From a virus (lineage: Duplodnaviria; Caudoviricetes), in IMG/VR virus record IMGVR_UViG_3300031758_000088, positions 1 to 58,443 of that record: DNA of 58,443 nt, one strand, 5' to 3'. The translations under genes and the position numbers were made by a program. Shown piece after piece: positions 37,088-45,888 of this stretch; position 1 is the stretch's first letter; each line of letters starts with the position of its first letter. The notes under the pieces were generated by a model. It had not been told where the DNA came from. It was given only the letters and a program-made list of their open reading frames with translations, and did no database searches.

Positions 37088-39576
37088 TACTGCCCCTTAC
37101 CGCCCATTGGGGGCGTTGCTTGTTGAGCCATTTTTTGCTGAGCTTCTTGCTGCTGAAGCATCATCTGCTGTTGTTTGGCAGCCATCTCCATGGCGTGGAC
37201 TTCCTGCATCTGAGAGATTTCAGTCTGCAATCGCTGGTAGGCAAGTTCTGGGTCTTCGCCGACCTTTTGCGCAGCTTCCCGGGCCTTGAGGCCAAGCTCT
37301 TCTGATTTGAGTTGGAGGTCTCCGCGCACCTTCATGCCCTTGATCTGAGCCTCTTGCTCTTTGATCTTGAGCTCCTGCATCTGCATTTGGATGACGGGGT
37401 CCTGAGCTTGTTGTTGGGCCTGCTGTTGAGCAGCCTGACCCTTGCTCTGAGCCAGCACCTGCTGAGAGGCCATGGCAACCATCTTTGCCAGCATGACCTC
37501 TGCCTCTTCCGGCATCTCGGTGTTGGGAGCCGGAAGAGGAACACCCAACTGCTCCTCGATCTTCTTGCGGTAAGCAAAAGCCAAGTGCTCGGATACGTGG
37601 GCCATGATCTCGGCCTGCATCTTCTGAGCTTGAGGGCTCTGACCAATCTGCGCCATCAGCAAGGGGTCTTGCAACATAGATGTATGGACGGCAATGTGGG
37701 CATCGTGGTCTTGGTAGACAAAAGCCTTTGTGGGCTTTCCCGTCAAGAAGGCCATGTTCTCCGACACTGGGTCACGAGGTGTCATGTCATCTTCGATGGG
37801 CACAAGCTTGTCTGCGTTCTTGATACCCAGCACCTCAATCATCTGACGGTGCAACTGCGGCAGGTCGTAAATCTGAGGGGCTTGAGCCGACAACTGAATG
37901 ACGGCTTGGTACTGCATGATCCGCTGGGCCATCGTGGCGCTGTTTGGATCAGAGACTGGGATCACCTCAACGATGTCGTAGTCCTCCCGCTTGGCGGCAG
38001 GCTTACCACCCATGGGCATGTAGTCATACTCTGCGGGGGTGTTGTCTCGGATGATCTCTTTGAGGAGCTTGAACTCCTCCTTCATCGAGTTGTGGACCCG
38101 AGCCTGAACCGCGCTCATGGTCTTGAGCTGGCGCTCCAGAAGAGCCAGAGTCGTACCCACGGGTGCATTGGCACCCATGTCGCTGATCTTCATGTCTGCG
38201 ACTGATCCCAGACGGCGAGCTTCCTCTGTGATGCGCTCAAGCAACCCAGCCAGAACCTGTGAGGGCTCTTTGTAGGGCAGGGGCATGATGTTGTCACGCA
38301 TGGTCCCGGACGGAACGTCCACGTCGCGCCACTCACCGGGAGCAATTGGGGTGTCATCTCCCTTGATCCTGAGACCACGGGTCTTCACACCACCGGGCAG
38401 GTTAGCCAGAGTACCTGCGTCCACCAGTTGGCGGATGATGGAAGTACCGGCACGGGCATAGCCACCGATGACGTGGATTAGGCCCAGACCATAAACACCA
38501 AAACCGGGGATGTAGGTGTACTGAACGAAGTGCTGACGGCGCAGCTTGAGCTTGTCTTCTTCGTTCCAGTTGCGGCGGATCGACAGAACCTTTGTGGTGG
38601 CACGGTCGATGGTCACAACGTAGGGAAGGGCAATCTCATCCTCATCCTCGTACCCGGGCATATCGTAGTCAACGCACATCTCCAGAAGCTGGTAACGGTT
38701 GTCCTCGTTTAAATCGTAGCCCTGCTCTTCGGCTTTTTTCTTCTCAATGTCTGTGTTGAACATCTGGGGCTCACCCAGATCAACATCGCGGTAGAAGCCT
38801 GCGACTTGAAGCTTCTTGATCTCATTCTTTGTCTTGCGCATCACATGGGTTACACGCTCTGCGGTGCGGGCGTTGGATGCGCCGTAAGGAATGATCAGGT
38901 CTTCTGCGGGGATGAAGATGGCGACCTGCCTGCCCATGCTGGGGTCGAAGTAGATTTTCTTGAAGGCCGAACCGGCCAAACCCAAGTTGTAGAGCATGCG
39001 CTCATGCTCAGGGCGGTACTCGGGCATTTGCTCGGTCAGCTTGTAGTTCATGTCCTCCCGGACACGCTCGGCTGCGTCTTCTTTGAGTTTGTCGATTGCG
39101 CCAATGATCTGCGTCTTGACGGGGCCTTGAGCGGGGAAGGTCTCGATGATGGTCTCGGACTGGAACCGGATGGCAGCCTCTGTTAGGACTGTGGAGTAGA
39201 CCCCGCAGGCACCCTCCCAAGGTTCAGTGCGTTCTTCATACTTCATGCCGAGGACCTCAAGTCCTCGCACATACATGTCTGCCCATTCTTTGCGGGAGGA
39301 GACGTCGCTCTCGTACTCAGCGATCAGGTCTCCGGCCAGCTTGCCCAGCTCTCCCTCGTCCATGAACTCGGCGAGGTTGGCACCAAAATCTTCGGCGGTC
39401 TCCTCATCGGGCATGAGGTCGATGGTCATGCCGTCGAGGCCGATTTCGACATCATCCGGGTTGTCGATCATGATCTCGATTGCGGGGGTGTCGTCTTGCT
39501 GGATGTCGTCGATGCTTAGAGGGGGCATGCCCAAAGGGGCTCCACCAATGCCGGGGACCATATCTGATGCTGCCAT
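37087..39576 (-). CDS. Portal protein
   Basis: 829 aa after terL; SRKEW..PW.GA.GV..EA.IRFQ..YGLGLIH..RQLVDAGTL.NLP; Q-rich tail. Confidence 0.88.
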   Translation of the reverse strand: MAASDMVPGIGGAPLGMPPLSIDDIQQDDTPAIEIMIDNPDDVEIGLDGMTIDLMPDEETAEDFGANLAEFMDEGELGKLAGDLIAEYESDVSSRKEWADMYVRGLEVLGMKYEERTEPWEGACGVYSTVLTEAAIRFQSETIIETFPAQGPVKTQIIGAIDKLKEDAAERVREDMNYKLTEQMPEYRPEHERMLYNLGLAGSAFKKIYFDPSMGRQVAIFIPAEDLIIPYGASNARTAERVTHVMRKTKNEIKKLQVAGFYRDVDLGEPQMFNTDIEKKKAEEQGYDLNEDNRYQLLEMCVDYDMPGYEDEDEIALPYVVTIDRATTKVLSIRRNWNEEDKLKLRRQHFVQYTYIPGFGVYGLGLIHVIGGYARAGTSIIRQLVDAGTLANLPGGVKTRGLRIKGDDTPIAPGEWRDVDVPSGTMRDNIMPLPYKEPSQVLAGLLERITEEARRLGSVADMKISDMGANAPVGTTLALLERQLKTMSAVQARVHNSMKEEFKLLKEIIRDNTPAEYDYMPMGGKPAAKREDYDIVEVIPVSDPNSATMAQRIMQYQAVIQLSAQAPQIYDLPQLHRQMIEVLGIKNADKLVPIEDDMTPRDPVSENMAFLTGKPTKAFVYQDHDAHIAVHTSMLQDPLLMAQIGQSPQAQKMQAEIMAHVSEHLAFAYRKKIEEQLGVPLPAPNTEMPEEAEVMLAKMVAMASQQVLAQSKGQAAQQQAQQQAQDPVIQMQMQELKIKEQEAQIKGMKVRGDLQLKSEELGLKAREAAQKVGEDPELAYQRLQTEISQMQEVHAMEMAAKQQQMMLQQQEAQQKMAQQATPPMGGKGQ

Positions 39577-39585
39577 GTCAATTCC

Positions 39586-41082
39586 TTAATAGAAGGCGTT
39601 ACTCTTGCGGCGGAAATACCGCTGCTCTTCCGGCTCATCCGACTCGATTGGGATGAAGCCGCCCCTTCTAAACCGAAGCAGCGCTTGGCTTGAGGAGTCA
39701 ACAAGGTCGTCATGGTCCCCGTTAGGGAATGCCGCCAACTCTTCCATCAACTCATCTGCCCATCTTGTTTGTGGGCACCAAACAACTCCCGAGGCAAAAA
39801 GGTCCGAGATTGCGTTTACACGCGCAATCTTATCGCTTCCTTTGCCCGGTGTGTACTCTGAAAGCGGAATTCCCATCTGCCTGAGCTCATAGATCAAGGG
39901 AGCCCCTGCGGCTTTCTTTTCCACGATCAATGTGTCCGGCTCCCACTCTTTGTACATCTCAAGAGCCTTCTGTTTGAGCTCAGGGAACTCCATACGAGCC
40001 TTCACTGCGTCCAGACAGATGATGTTTGGCTTCAGATCGCCATGTTGGTTGGGGTGTTGAAAGACACCCCACGTTGTGCAAGCCGAATAGTCGGACCGGT
40101 TGGACTTCTCGAAGGCCGTGTCCCAACTTTGGATGATGTATTCACAAGCGGGAGCGACGTCCGACTCCCAAATCCGCCAGTGATCACGCTTGATGATCGC
40201 ATTTCCCTCGGATGTGGGGTTCTGTTGGTACTGCGCTTCCCATTTGGAGACGGGAATCTCGGCCTTAATGGCCTCGAGCTCCTCTTTCTTCCAAAATCCG
40301 GGCCAAAGAGGGTTGCCCGAGGGCAAAATTGCGGGGAATTCGATGACTTCCCACTCATTTACACCGTCTTTTTCGGAGTTTTTCAGTATTTGCCCGGTCA
40401 AATCTCTCTTTGACCAGCGTGTCATCACAATGATGATGGCTCCACCGGGCTGTAAACGCTGCCGAGGGCCGGATGTGTACCACTCATACACATTGTCAAA
40501 GACTGCGGGGTTGCCCTGCTTGGCTTCCTGCTCCGAATGGGGGTCGTCAATGATCAAAAGATCAGCGCCCTTACCTGTTACCGCGCCACCAACACCAATC
40601 GCGAAGTAGTCACCACCTTTGTCCGTGTTCCAGCGACCTGCGGCCTTTGAGTCAGAGGACAGTTTGGTGTCAAACGCCCGGGAGAAGGTCTCGGACGATA
40701 CGAGGTTCCTCACCTTGCGGCCAAAACCCACAGCCAGTTCTGCGGTGTGAGCAGTCTGGATGATCTTCTTCTCGGGGTACTTCCCCAAGAACCACGCCGG
40801 GAGAAGGTAGGAGGCAAACTCGGACTTGGTGTGCCGAGGAGGCATGTTGATGATGAGCCTCTTCAACTCACCTTTTGCAACACGCTCAAAAGCGTTGGCC
40901 ATGATCTGGTGATGTTTCCCGGAAATGAACCCGGGCCACATGTGGGAGGCGAAGTAAATGAACGACTCCCTGCACTTCTCCACCCTGTCGTATTCCAACA
41001 ACATCATGATCTTGGCTCTCTCATCATCTGCGACGAGAGGAATCAACTCACGGTACTTCTCCACCTCCTGACGAGTCATCAT
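39586..41082 (-). CDS. terL: Terminase large subunit
   Basis: PPRHTKS Walker A, LLIIDDP Walker B, TRW, SWDTA and HDDLVD nuclease motifs. Confidence 0.95.
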   Translation of the reverse strand: MMTRQEVEKYRELIPLVADDERAKIMMLLEYDRVEKCRESFIYFASHMWPGFISGKHHQIMANAFERVAKGELKRLIINMPPRHTKSEFASYLLPAWFLGKYPEKKIIQTAHTAELAVGFGRKVRNLVSSETFSRAFDTKLSSDSKAAGRWNTDKGGDYFAIGVGGAVTGKGADLLIIDDPHSEQEAKQGNPAVFDNVYEWYTSGPRQRLQPGGAIIIVMTRWSKRDLTGQILKNSEKDGVNEWEVIEFPAILPSGNPLWPGFWKKEELEAIKAEIPVSKWEAQYQQNPTSEGNAIIKRDHWRIWESDVAPACEYIIQSWDTAFEKSNRSDYSACTTWGVFQHPNQHGDLKPNIICLDAVKARMEFPELKQKALEMYKEWEPDTLIVEKKAAGAPLIYELRQMGIPLSEYTPGKGSDKIARVNAISDLFASGVVWCPQTRWADELMEELAAFPNGDHDDLVDSSSQALLRFRRGGFIPIESDEPEEQRYFRRKSNAFY

Positions 41083-41312
41083 AGAGAAGCTACCCCCTTC
41101 ACCGTCTTATCTAGAAGCTTGATCGAATTGAACTTGTGGGGCTTGATCACCAACAGTCCCTCATCCTGAAGGATGTGAATCACCCGGTGGATGTTCGACT
41201 TACTCTTCAATCCCAACCCCCGAGCAATCACGGAATACGACGGCGGGACGCCGTGTAAACGCACATACGCACGGATGAAGTCCAATACCAATTGATGCTT
41301 TTCATTCAACAT
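41079..41312 (-). CDS. Stand-alone LexA-type winged-helix DNA-binding protein (no peptidase domain)
   Basis: Q.VLDFI..Y...GVPPS...IA..LGLKSKSNIHR.I..L...G; ATGA overlap with terL. Confidence 0.85.
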   Translation of the reverse strand: MLNEKHQLVLDFIRAYVRLHGVPPSYSVIARGLGLKSKSNIHRVIHILQDEGLLVIKPHKFNSIKLLDKTVKGVASL

Positions 41313-41347
41313 GCCGAGAGTTTAAACGCACAAACGAACGTTCGCAA
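41313..41347 (-). promoter_or_regulatory. Leaderless promoter TTGCGA-17-TAAACT-6nt-ATG overlapped by CGAACGTTCG and GTTTAAAC
   Basis: Hexamers at 41347-41342 and 41324-41319; no SD before ATG 41312. Confidence 0.65.
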
Positions 41348-41544
41348 GGGTATTCCCGAAAATATATATACCCCCGGGGGGTGGGGATTTCCGATTGATG
41401 GGGGTATGTGTGGGAATGTGATGGGATGAGTGGATTAGAGCGTAAGCGGGAGCGGGGCCGTCGCTGCGCATTTTGGGGGGTGGGGCGTGGGTGGGGTCGC
41501 CATCCCAGCCGTTTACACGCTCCCCTGCTGATGACCGTTGCCCT

Positions 41545-42183
41545 CTACGCCTTCTTCGCCTTGAGTGGCTTGACGTTGTCCAAGAGCTTGAGGTGACCCG
41601 ACAGCTCCTTGCGCAACTGCTCTGCTGTGGGCTTCTCTGCCACTGCTTCAGTGGTCTGTTGGAACATTCCAGCCGCTCTGCCCATCAGTTCCAGTGCTTT
41701 CAACCGGGAGCCTTCCTGCTTGCCTCCCTTGCTGAGTGCCAACAGCTCCTTCAACACATATCGTTTCGTTGCCGCCACATCCTCTGCCAGCACTTCCACT
41801 GTCTCGCCCCATGCTTCATTCAGCATCTTCTGGATGCGTTCATCCCTGCTCAGTCTGTATGCGGCGCTGGTGATAACTTGGTCTGATCCCTTGGCGTTTG
41901 GGTATGCATCCCTGTAGGCTTGACGCATGGTTTTCCCAGCGATCATGCCTTTGGCGAACTCCATTGCTGATGGCGTGAGAGGTGGAACTCTCTTGTATTC
42001 CTCTGTTCCTCTTGGCTTTCCGTCTACCCTTATTACTGGAGGTTCTGCCTTAGCGGCTAACCGTTCCGCTTCGCTGAGTTCCGGGCCTTCATCGATGTAT
42101 TCATCCCCCGGCAGATGTGCCGCTTCCAGCGCCTCCAGCAGTTGGTCTTTCGTGGCCCTTCCGGGTCTTCCTGTCTCGCTCAT
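41545..42183 (-). CDS. terS: Terminase small subunit
   Basis: LT....FA.....G.....AYR.AY..A.RL..ALELMG pattern; upstream of terL. Confidence 0.8.
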   Translation of the reverse strand: MSETGRPGRATKDQLLEALEAAHLPGDEYIDEGPELSEAERLAAKAEPPVIRVDGKPRGTEEYKRVPPLTPSAMEFAKGMIAGKTMRQAYRDAYPNAKGSDQVITSAAYRLSRDERIQKMLNEAWGETVEVLAEDVAATKRYVLKELLALSKGGKQEGSRLKALELMGRAAGMFQQTTEAVAEKPTAEQLRKELSGHLKLLDNVKPLKAKKA

Positions 42184-42193
42184 GGTTTCGCTC

Positions 42194-42226
42194 CTGTGGT
42201 TTCATCCAGCCTGTCTGTTTAAACAG
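42194..42226. promoter_or_regulatory. Tandem E. coli-type LexA (SOS) boxes
   Basis: CTGTGGTTTCATCCAG (42194-42209) and CTGTCTGTTTAAACAG (42211-42226), both CTG-N10-CAG; near-box CTGTATAAACATACAT at 42386-42401. Confidence 0.6.
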
Positions 42227-42237
42227 CTTCGTTCGCA

Positions 42238-42332
42238 TTATCCACAGCCTGTGGATAACGTCAACTTGTCCACAACCACCTGTGGATACTGTGGATAACT
42301 CTGTCCACAGCTTATCCCCAGCTTTATCCACA
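42238..42332. promoter_or_regulatory. Cluster of eight DnaA boxes (oriC/datA-like)
   Basis: Perfect TTATCCACA or complement at 42238, 42250, 42290, 42324; 1-2 mismatch boxes at 42266, 42281, 42301, 42312. Confidence 0.9.
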
Positions 42333-42680
42333 CCCTCTCTTTTGTGTACCTCAGTGCTAATGTAATGCTCCAAAGTAAGCTAGTACTGTATAAACATACA
42401 TGGCTCTAAAATCGATTTAAACGGCCCTTCCAGCCACTTTGACCCTTACCCGCCACTACCCCCCTAGGAAGTCGTTTGACCCCTCTTCCTGATCGTTTTA
42501 ACGAATATCAGTACTTGCTTATACTTAACGAAAGTACTCACTTTCACATTAGTACTTTTTAGTCCAACTCACCAGAATGCACCCAACATATATAGATGCA
42601 GTGCATCTGGCACTGTCCCTGTAGACCCCCTGCAATCACCCCATCATCTGGAGTACCCACACAAATCACTCGGGTATTGT

Positions 42681-42711
42681 TTGACACCTGTTTACACGAT
42701 AGTGGTATCAT
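42681..42711 (+). promoter_or_regulatory. Early promoter TTGACA-19-TATCAT (extended -10) with GTTTACAC in spacer
   Basis: Hexamers at 42681 and 42706; TGn before -10. Confidence 0.6.
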
Positions 42712-42922
42712 TCGTCCATGCACTAGCAATAGTGCTGATGTGAACGGCCCACGATACGGTCGGTCTGAGGCGAAACCCGGAGGAAGTCCGGGAGCAAGTC
42801 AGACAGGGTTCAAGCCCTGTACCTGTCCACCGTGACGGTAGATAAAACATCCCCTATGAGATGCCAACGTGATGCCCATGCTGTGGGCATTGCAGTGCCA
42901 TCTTGCACTGATTGGAGACCCC

Positions 42923-43081
42923 ATGCAAAAACTCATTGACCGATACCGTGCCAACCCCACTGATGCCAACGCCCTCGCAGTGCTGGCCTATGACCGCAAG
43001 CACCCCTTCGCATCCATGTTGTTGTCGAAAGATGACACCCTTTTGGTTGCCCGTCTGATGGTTGCTGATTCCTACGCTTGA
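42923..43081 (+). CDS. Early hypothetical protein
   Basis: GGAG SD; MQKLIDRYR. Confidence 0.65.
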   Translation: MQKLIDRYRANPTDANALAVLAYDRKHPFASMLLSKDDTLLVARLMVADSYA

Positions 43082-43139
43082 TTTCAGCCTGAAGCCCTCT
43101 GGGCTTTGGAGTGCAATCCCGCACCCTTTGGAGACCATC

Positions 43140-43421
43140 ATGCAAATCACCCTGTCCTACGTTCAGTCCTTCGCCCTGTCTGCCCTCAAGACAGCCCAGC
43201 GTGAGTTCAACAAAAACCCATCCAGCACCAACTTCGAGGTGCTGACCCGTGCAATGGTCACCCACCAGCAAGCCCAGCACGTTGCCCGTGTCCTGCGCTC
43301 TCAAGACAACGTTGACCTGATGCTTGAGCAACTGTCTGCCCTGCCATTGGGTGACTGGCCTGACCTGATCGTCAAACGTGCCACTGGCCTGACCATCCGT
43401 GACGTACTGACCGCCGCCTGA
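43140..43421 (+). CDS. Early hypothetical protein
   Basis: GGAG SD; strong codon bias. Confidence 0.7.
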   Translation: MQITLSYVQSFALSALKTAQREFNKNPSSTNFEVLTRAMVTHQQAQHVARVLRSQDNVDLMLEQLSALPLGDWPDLIVKRATGLTIRDVLTAA

Positions 43422-43483
43422 TTTCAGCCTGATGCCCTGCCGGGCATTGGAGTGCAATCCGTTTAAACACCTGAAAGGAACCT

Positions 43484-43798
43484 ATGCCTACCATCACCCT
43501 GCGCCGCAAGGACGGCTCTGAAATCGAGACCGTCAAGTCACACCTGCTGGTCTGCCATGCTGGGTCTGTGACCCACACCCTCCACCTGCACCGGGACAAC
43601 CTCGGCTTCTGGGCTGTGTCTGACCCCCGCTCTGGCGGCAAGGTGCTTCACGTTGTCGGACAGTTCAAAGGGATGCCCGTTGCCAGCAAGGGCATGACCC
43701 TGCGTGAGATTCGTGGCCTCGCCCAGCAACAGATCGATGCCCTCATTGAGCGTGTCGGGTCTGATCGTTTCAACACCATCTTGACCCCTTCGGTTTAA
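43484..43798 (+). CDS. Early hypothetical protein
   Basis: AAGGA SD; W.VSDP.SG motif. Confidence 0.7.
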   Translation: MPTITLRRKDGSEIETVKSHLLVCHAGSVTHTLHLHRDNLGFWAVSDPRSGGKVLHVVGQFKGMPVASKGMTLREIRGLAQQQIDALIERVGSDRFNTILTPSV

Positions 43799-43810
43799 AC
43801 CCTTTACAAT
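43781..43810 (+). promoter_or_regulatory. Promoter TTGACC-18-TACAAT with GTTTAAAC in spacer
   Basis: Followed by CACTAGCA, also found after the 42681 promoter. Confidence 0.6.
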
Positions 43811-43831
43811 CACTAGCACAGGAGAATTGCA

Positions 43832-44410
43832 ATGACAATCAACAACCGTGAAGACTGGCTCTCTGCCGCCGTCTCTGAACTGCGCCCCTTCTTTGATGCG
43901 GTGTGCTCACCCTTGCCAACGAACGTTCGTGTTTCGTGCGGCTTCCCGTCCAACGCCAAACGCAGTGGGGCCATCGGTGAGTGCTGGGCAGACACCGCCT
44001 CTGCTGATGCAACCTTCGAGGTCTTGATCAGCCCTGTGCTGGATGACCCCCTGCGGGTGTTCGATGTGTTGGTGCATGAACTCTGCCACTCGACTGCCGG
44101 GGCCATGAACCACGGGGTCAACTTCCAGAGCATCGCCCAGAAGATGCATCTTGAGCCCTCTGCTGGCCCCAAGGGCTGGAAGGCCACTGGCCCTGCCGCC
44201 TCATTCGTCCCCACCTTCGGGGCAATCGTGGACTCGCTCGGCCCTTACCCTCACGCCGCCCTGACCATGAACACCAAGAAGGTGCAGACCACTCGCATGC
44301 TCAAGGCTGTGTGCCCCTCTTGTGGCTACACCGTGCGCCTGACTTCCAAATGGGCCGCTCTTGGCCTTCCCTCTTGCCCTGTGGACAGCGATGTCCTGAA
44401 CCTTGTTTAA
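43832..44410 (+). CDS. SprT-like zinc metalloprotease with C-terminal Zn ribbon
   Basis: LVHELCH..HG..F; CPSCGY..CP. Confidence 0.8.
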   Translation: MTINNREDWLSAAVSELRPFFDAVCSPLPTNVRVSCGFPSNAKRSGAIGECWADTASADATFEVLISPVLDDPLRVFDVLVHELCHSTAGAMNHGVNFQSIAQKMHLEPSAGPKGWKATGPAASFVPTFGAIVDSLGPYPHAALTMNTKKVQTTRMLKAVCPSCGYTVRLTSKWAALGLPSCPVDSDVLNLV

Positions 44411-44423
44411 ACGGAGAACTGCA

Positions 44424-45881
44424 ATGACTGACCTGCAAATCAAAATCGAAATCTTGAAGCTTCCCATTGGTGTGGTGTTGGGTGCTTACGCCCTGCGGGG
44501 TGGTGGCACTTTCCCCGGCACACCAGCCGAGCAGAAAAGCAAGGCCGCCGACTACCTTGTCAGTTGTGTCCGGGCCAACAGCCTGACCCTCGCCGACATC
44601 AAAGCCGCCACCCCTGTGGCTGTGTCTGCTGTTCAAGGCGCAGACACCGCCGCCGTGGATGCCGTGGGGTCTGTTGCAAACCGTGCAGAGGCCGCCGCCC
44701 TCAAGGCCATCGAGGCCGTCAAGAGGTTTCACCAGAAACTGTCCGATGAGTTGGCAGATGACCGCAATGCCCGGATTCAGGATGATGACACCCTGCGCAC
44801 CGAGATTCGGGACATTGCCAAGAAGCTTGGCGAGACCAAGATTGATGACCGTAAGGTAGAAGAGGCCGTCAACAAGGTTGTCGCTGATGCCTTCGCACCT
44901 TTCCGCAAAGCAGTCGAGGCCGCTGGTGCTCAGTCTGTGGTCGCAGACCTTTCCTCTGTTCATGTGGTGGGCAATGTGACCTGCTTGAAGCTTTTTGGTG
45001 TAGAGGTGCTGGATCGTAAGGGTGACCCCCTCAAGGTGGACATCTGGAATGACCCCTCTGCCCCGGCTGTTGATCCCAACTTCATCTGGACTGCCGACAT
45101 CCTCCAGCACCTGATCCTGTCTCAGGACTTGGGCGAGAACGTCTGGTTCGGTGGGCCAAAGGGCACTGGCAAGTCTGAGACCGCTCGACAGTTTGCCGCC
45201 ATGACAGGCCGTGCGTTTAAACGCATCAACTTCCACAAGTACACCTCTGCCGAGGATTACATCGGTGCAGTGGGTCTTGAGAATGGGCAGACCGTGTTCA
45301 AGCGTGGTGACTTCCTTGCCGCCTTCACACACCCTTCCACTGTGATCCTGTTGGATGAGGTGACCAACGCTGATCCCGGCGAACTGGCCCCTCTCAACGG
45401 GTTCCTTGAGCCCAACAGCGCCGTGTCCTTCGGTGGGTCTGTCCAGACCCGTGCCCCCGGTGTGCTGGTCTTTGCCGCCGACAACACGCTGGGCAACGGT
45501 GATGACTCGGGCCGCTACGCTGGCACACGCCAGATGAACAGCGCTCTGGTTGACCGCTTCGCCCGTGTGGTGCAGTTCGACTACCTCCCCATCATGTCCG
45601 AGGTGGACGCTGTGGTGCGCCACACTGGGTGCGACATCAAGCTTGCCGCCCACATCCTTGGTGCTGTGCGTGTGGCCCGTGAGAAGGTGCAGACAGGCGA
45701 GGTCATTGATGCCCCCTCCATTCGGTCTGTGATTGCGTTTGTCCGTGCCCTGCGGGTCTTGCCCGTGGACAAGGCGTGGGCATCCACCATTGCCGCCCGT
45801 CAACCAGTTGAGTCCCTCCCCGGTCTCACTGCCATCTACCTGTCTTGCATCAACGAGACAGAGATTCAAAAATACCTGTGA
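44424..45881 (+). CDS. MoxR/CbbQ/CobS-like AAA+ ATPase
   Basis: GPKGTGKS, ILLDEV, ADNT.G.G....Y.G..MN.ALVDRF, S.R. Confidence 0.9.
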   Translation: MTDLQIKIEILKLPIGVVLGAYALRGGGTFPGTPAEQKSKAADYLVSCVRANSLTLADIKAATPVAVSAVQGADTAAVDAVGSVANRAEAAALKAIEAVKRFHQKLSDELADDRNARIQDDDTLRTEIRDIAKKLGETKIDDRKVEEAVNKVVADAFAPFRKAVEAAGAQSVVADLSSVHVVGNVTCLKLFGVEVLDRKGDPLKVDIWNDPSAPAVDPNFIWTADILQHLILSQDLGENVWFGGPKGTGKSETARQFAAMTGRAFKRINFHKYTSAEDYIGAVGLENGQTVFKRGDFLAAFTHPSTVILLDEVTNADPGELAPLNGFLEPNSAVSFGGSVQTRAPGVLVFAADNTLGNGDDSGRYAGTRQMNSALVDRFARVVQFDYLPIMSEVDAVVRHTGCDIKLAAHILGAVRVAREKVQTGEVIDAPSIRSVIAFVRALRVLPVDKAWASTIAARQPVESLPGLTAIYLSCINETEIQKYL

Positions 45882-45888
45882 GGTTCAC

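Larger units (their letters stand above)
42870..43470 (+). repeat. Three copies of a ~45-bp double-hairpin intergenic element (42870-42910, 43079-43124, 43419-43470)
   Basis: TGAWGCCC-loop-GGGCWTTG(G/C)AGTGC(A/C)ATC, each just before SD+ATG. Confidence 0.85.

Noticed and set aside
42776-42795. GAGGAAGTCCGGG resembling the RNase P RNA conserved region
   Set aside because: One base short, lies within a simple hairpin, and other RNase P elements are absent
42803-42832. tRNA/tmRNA-like T-arm GGGTTCAAGCCC..CCACC
   Set aside because: 6-nt loop; no acceptor, D or anticodon arms could be built
43079-43470. Hammerhead ribozyme or CRISPR reading of the early repeats
   Set aside because: No CUGANGA/GAAA core; intervals are whole genes rather than uniform spacers
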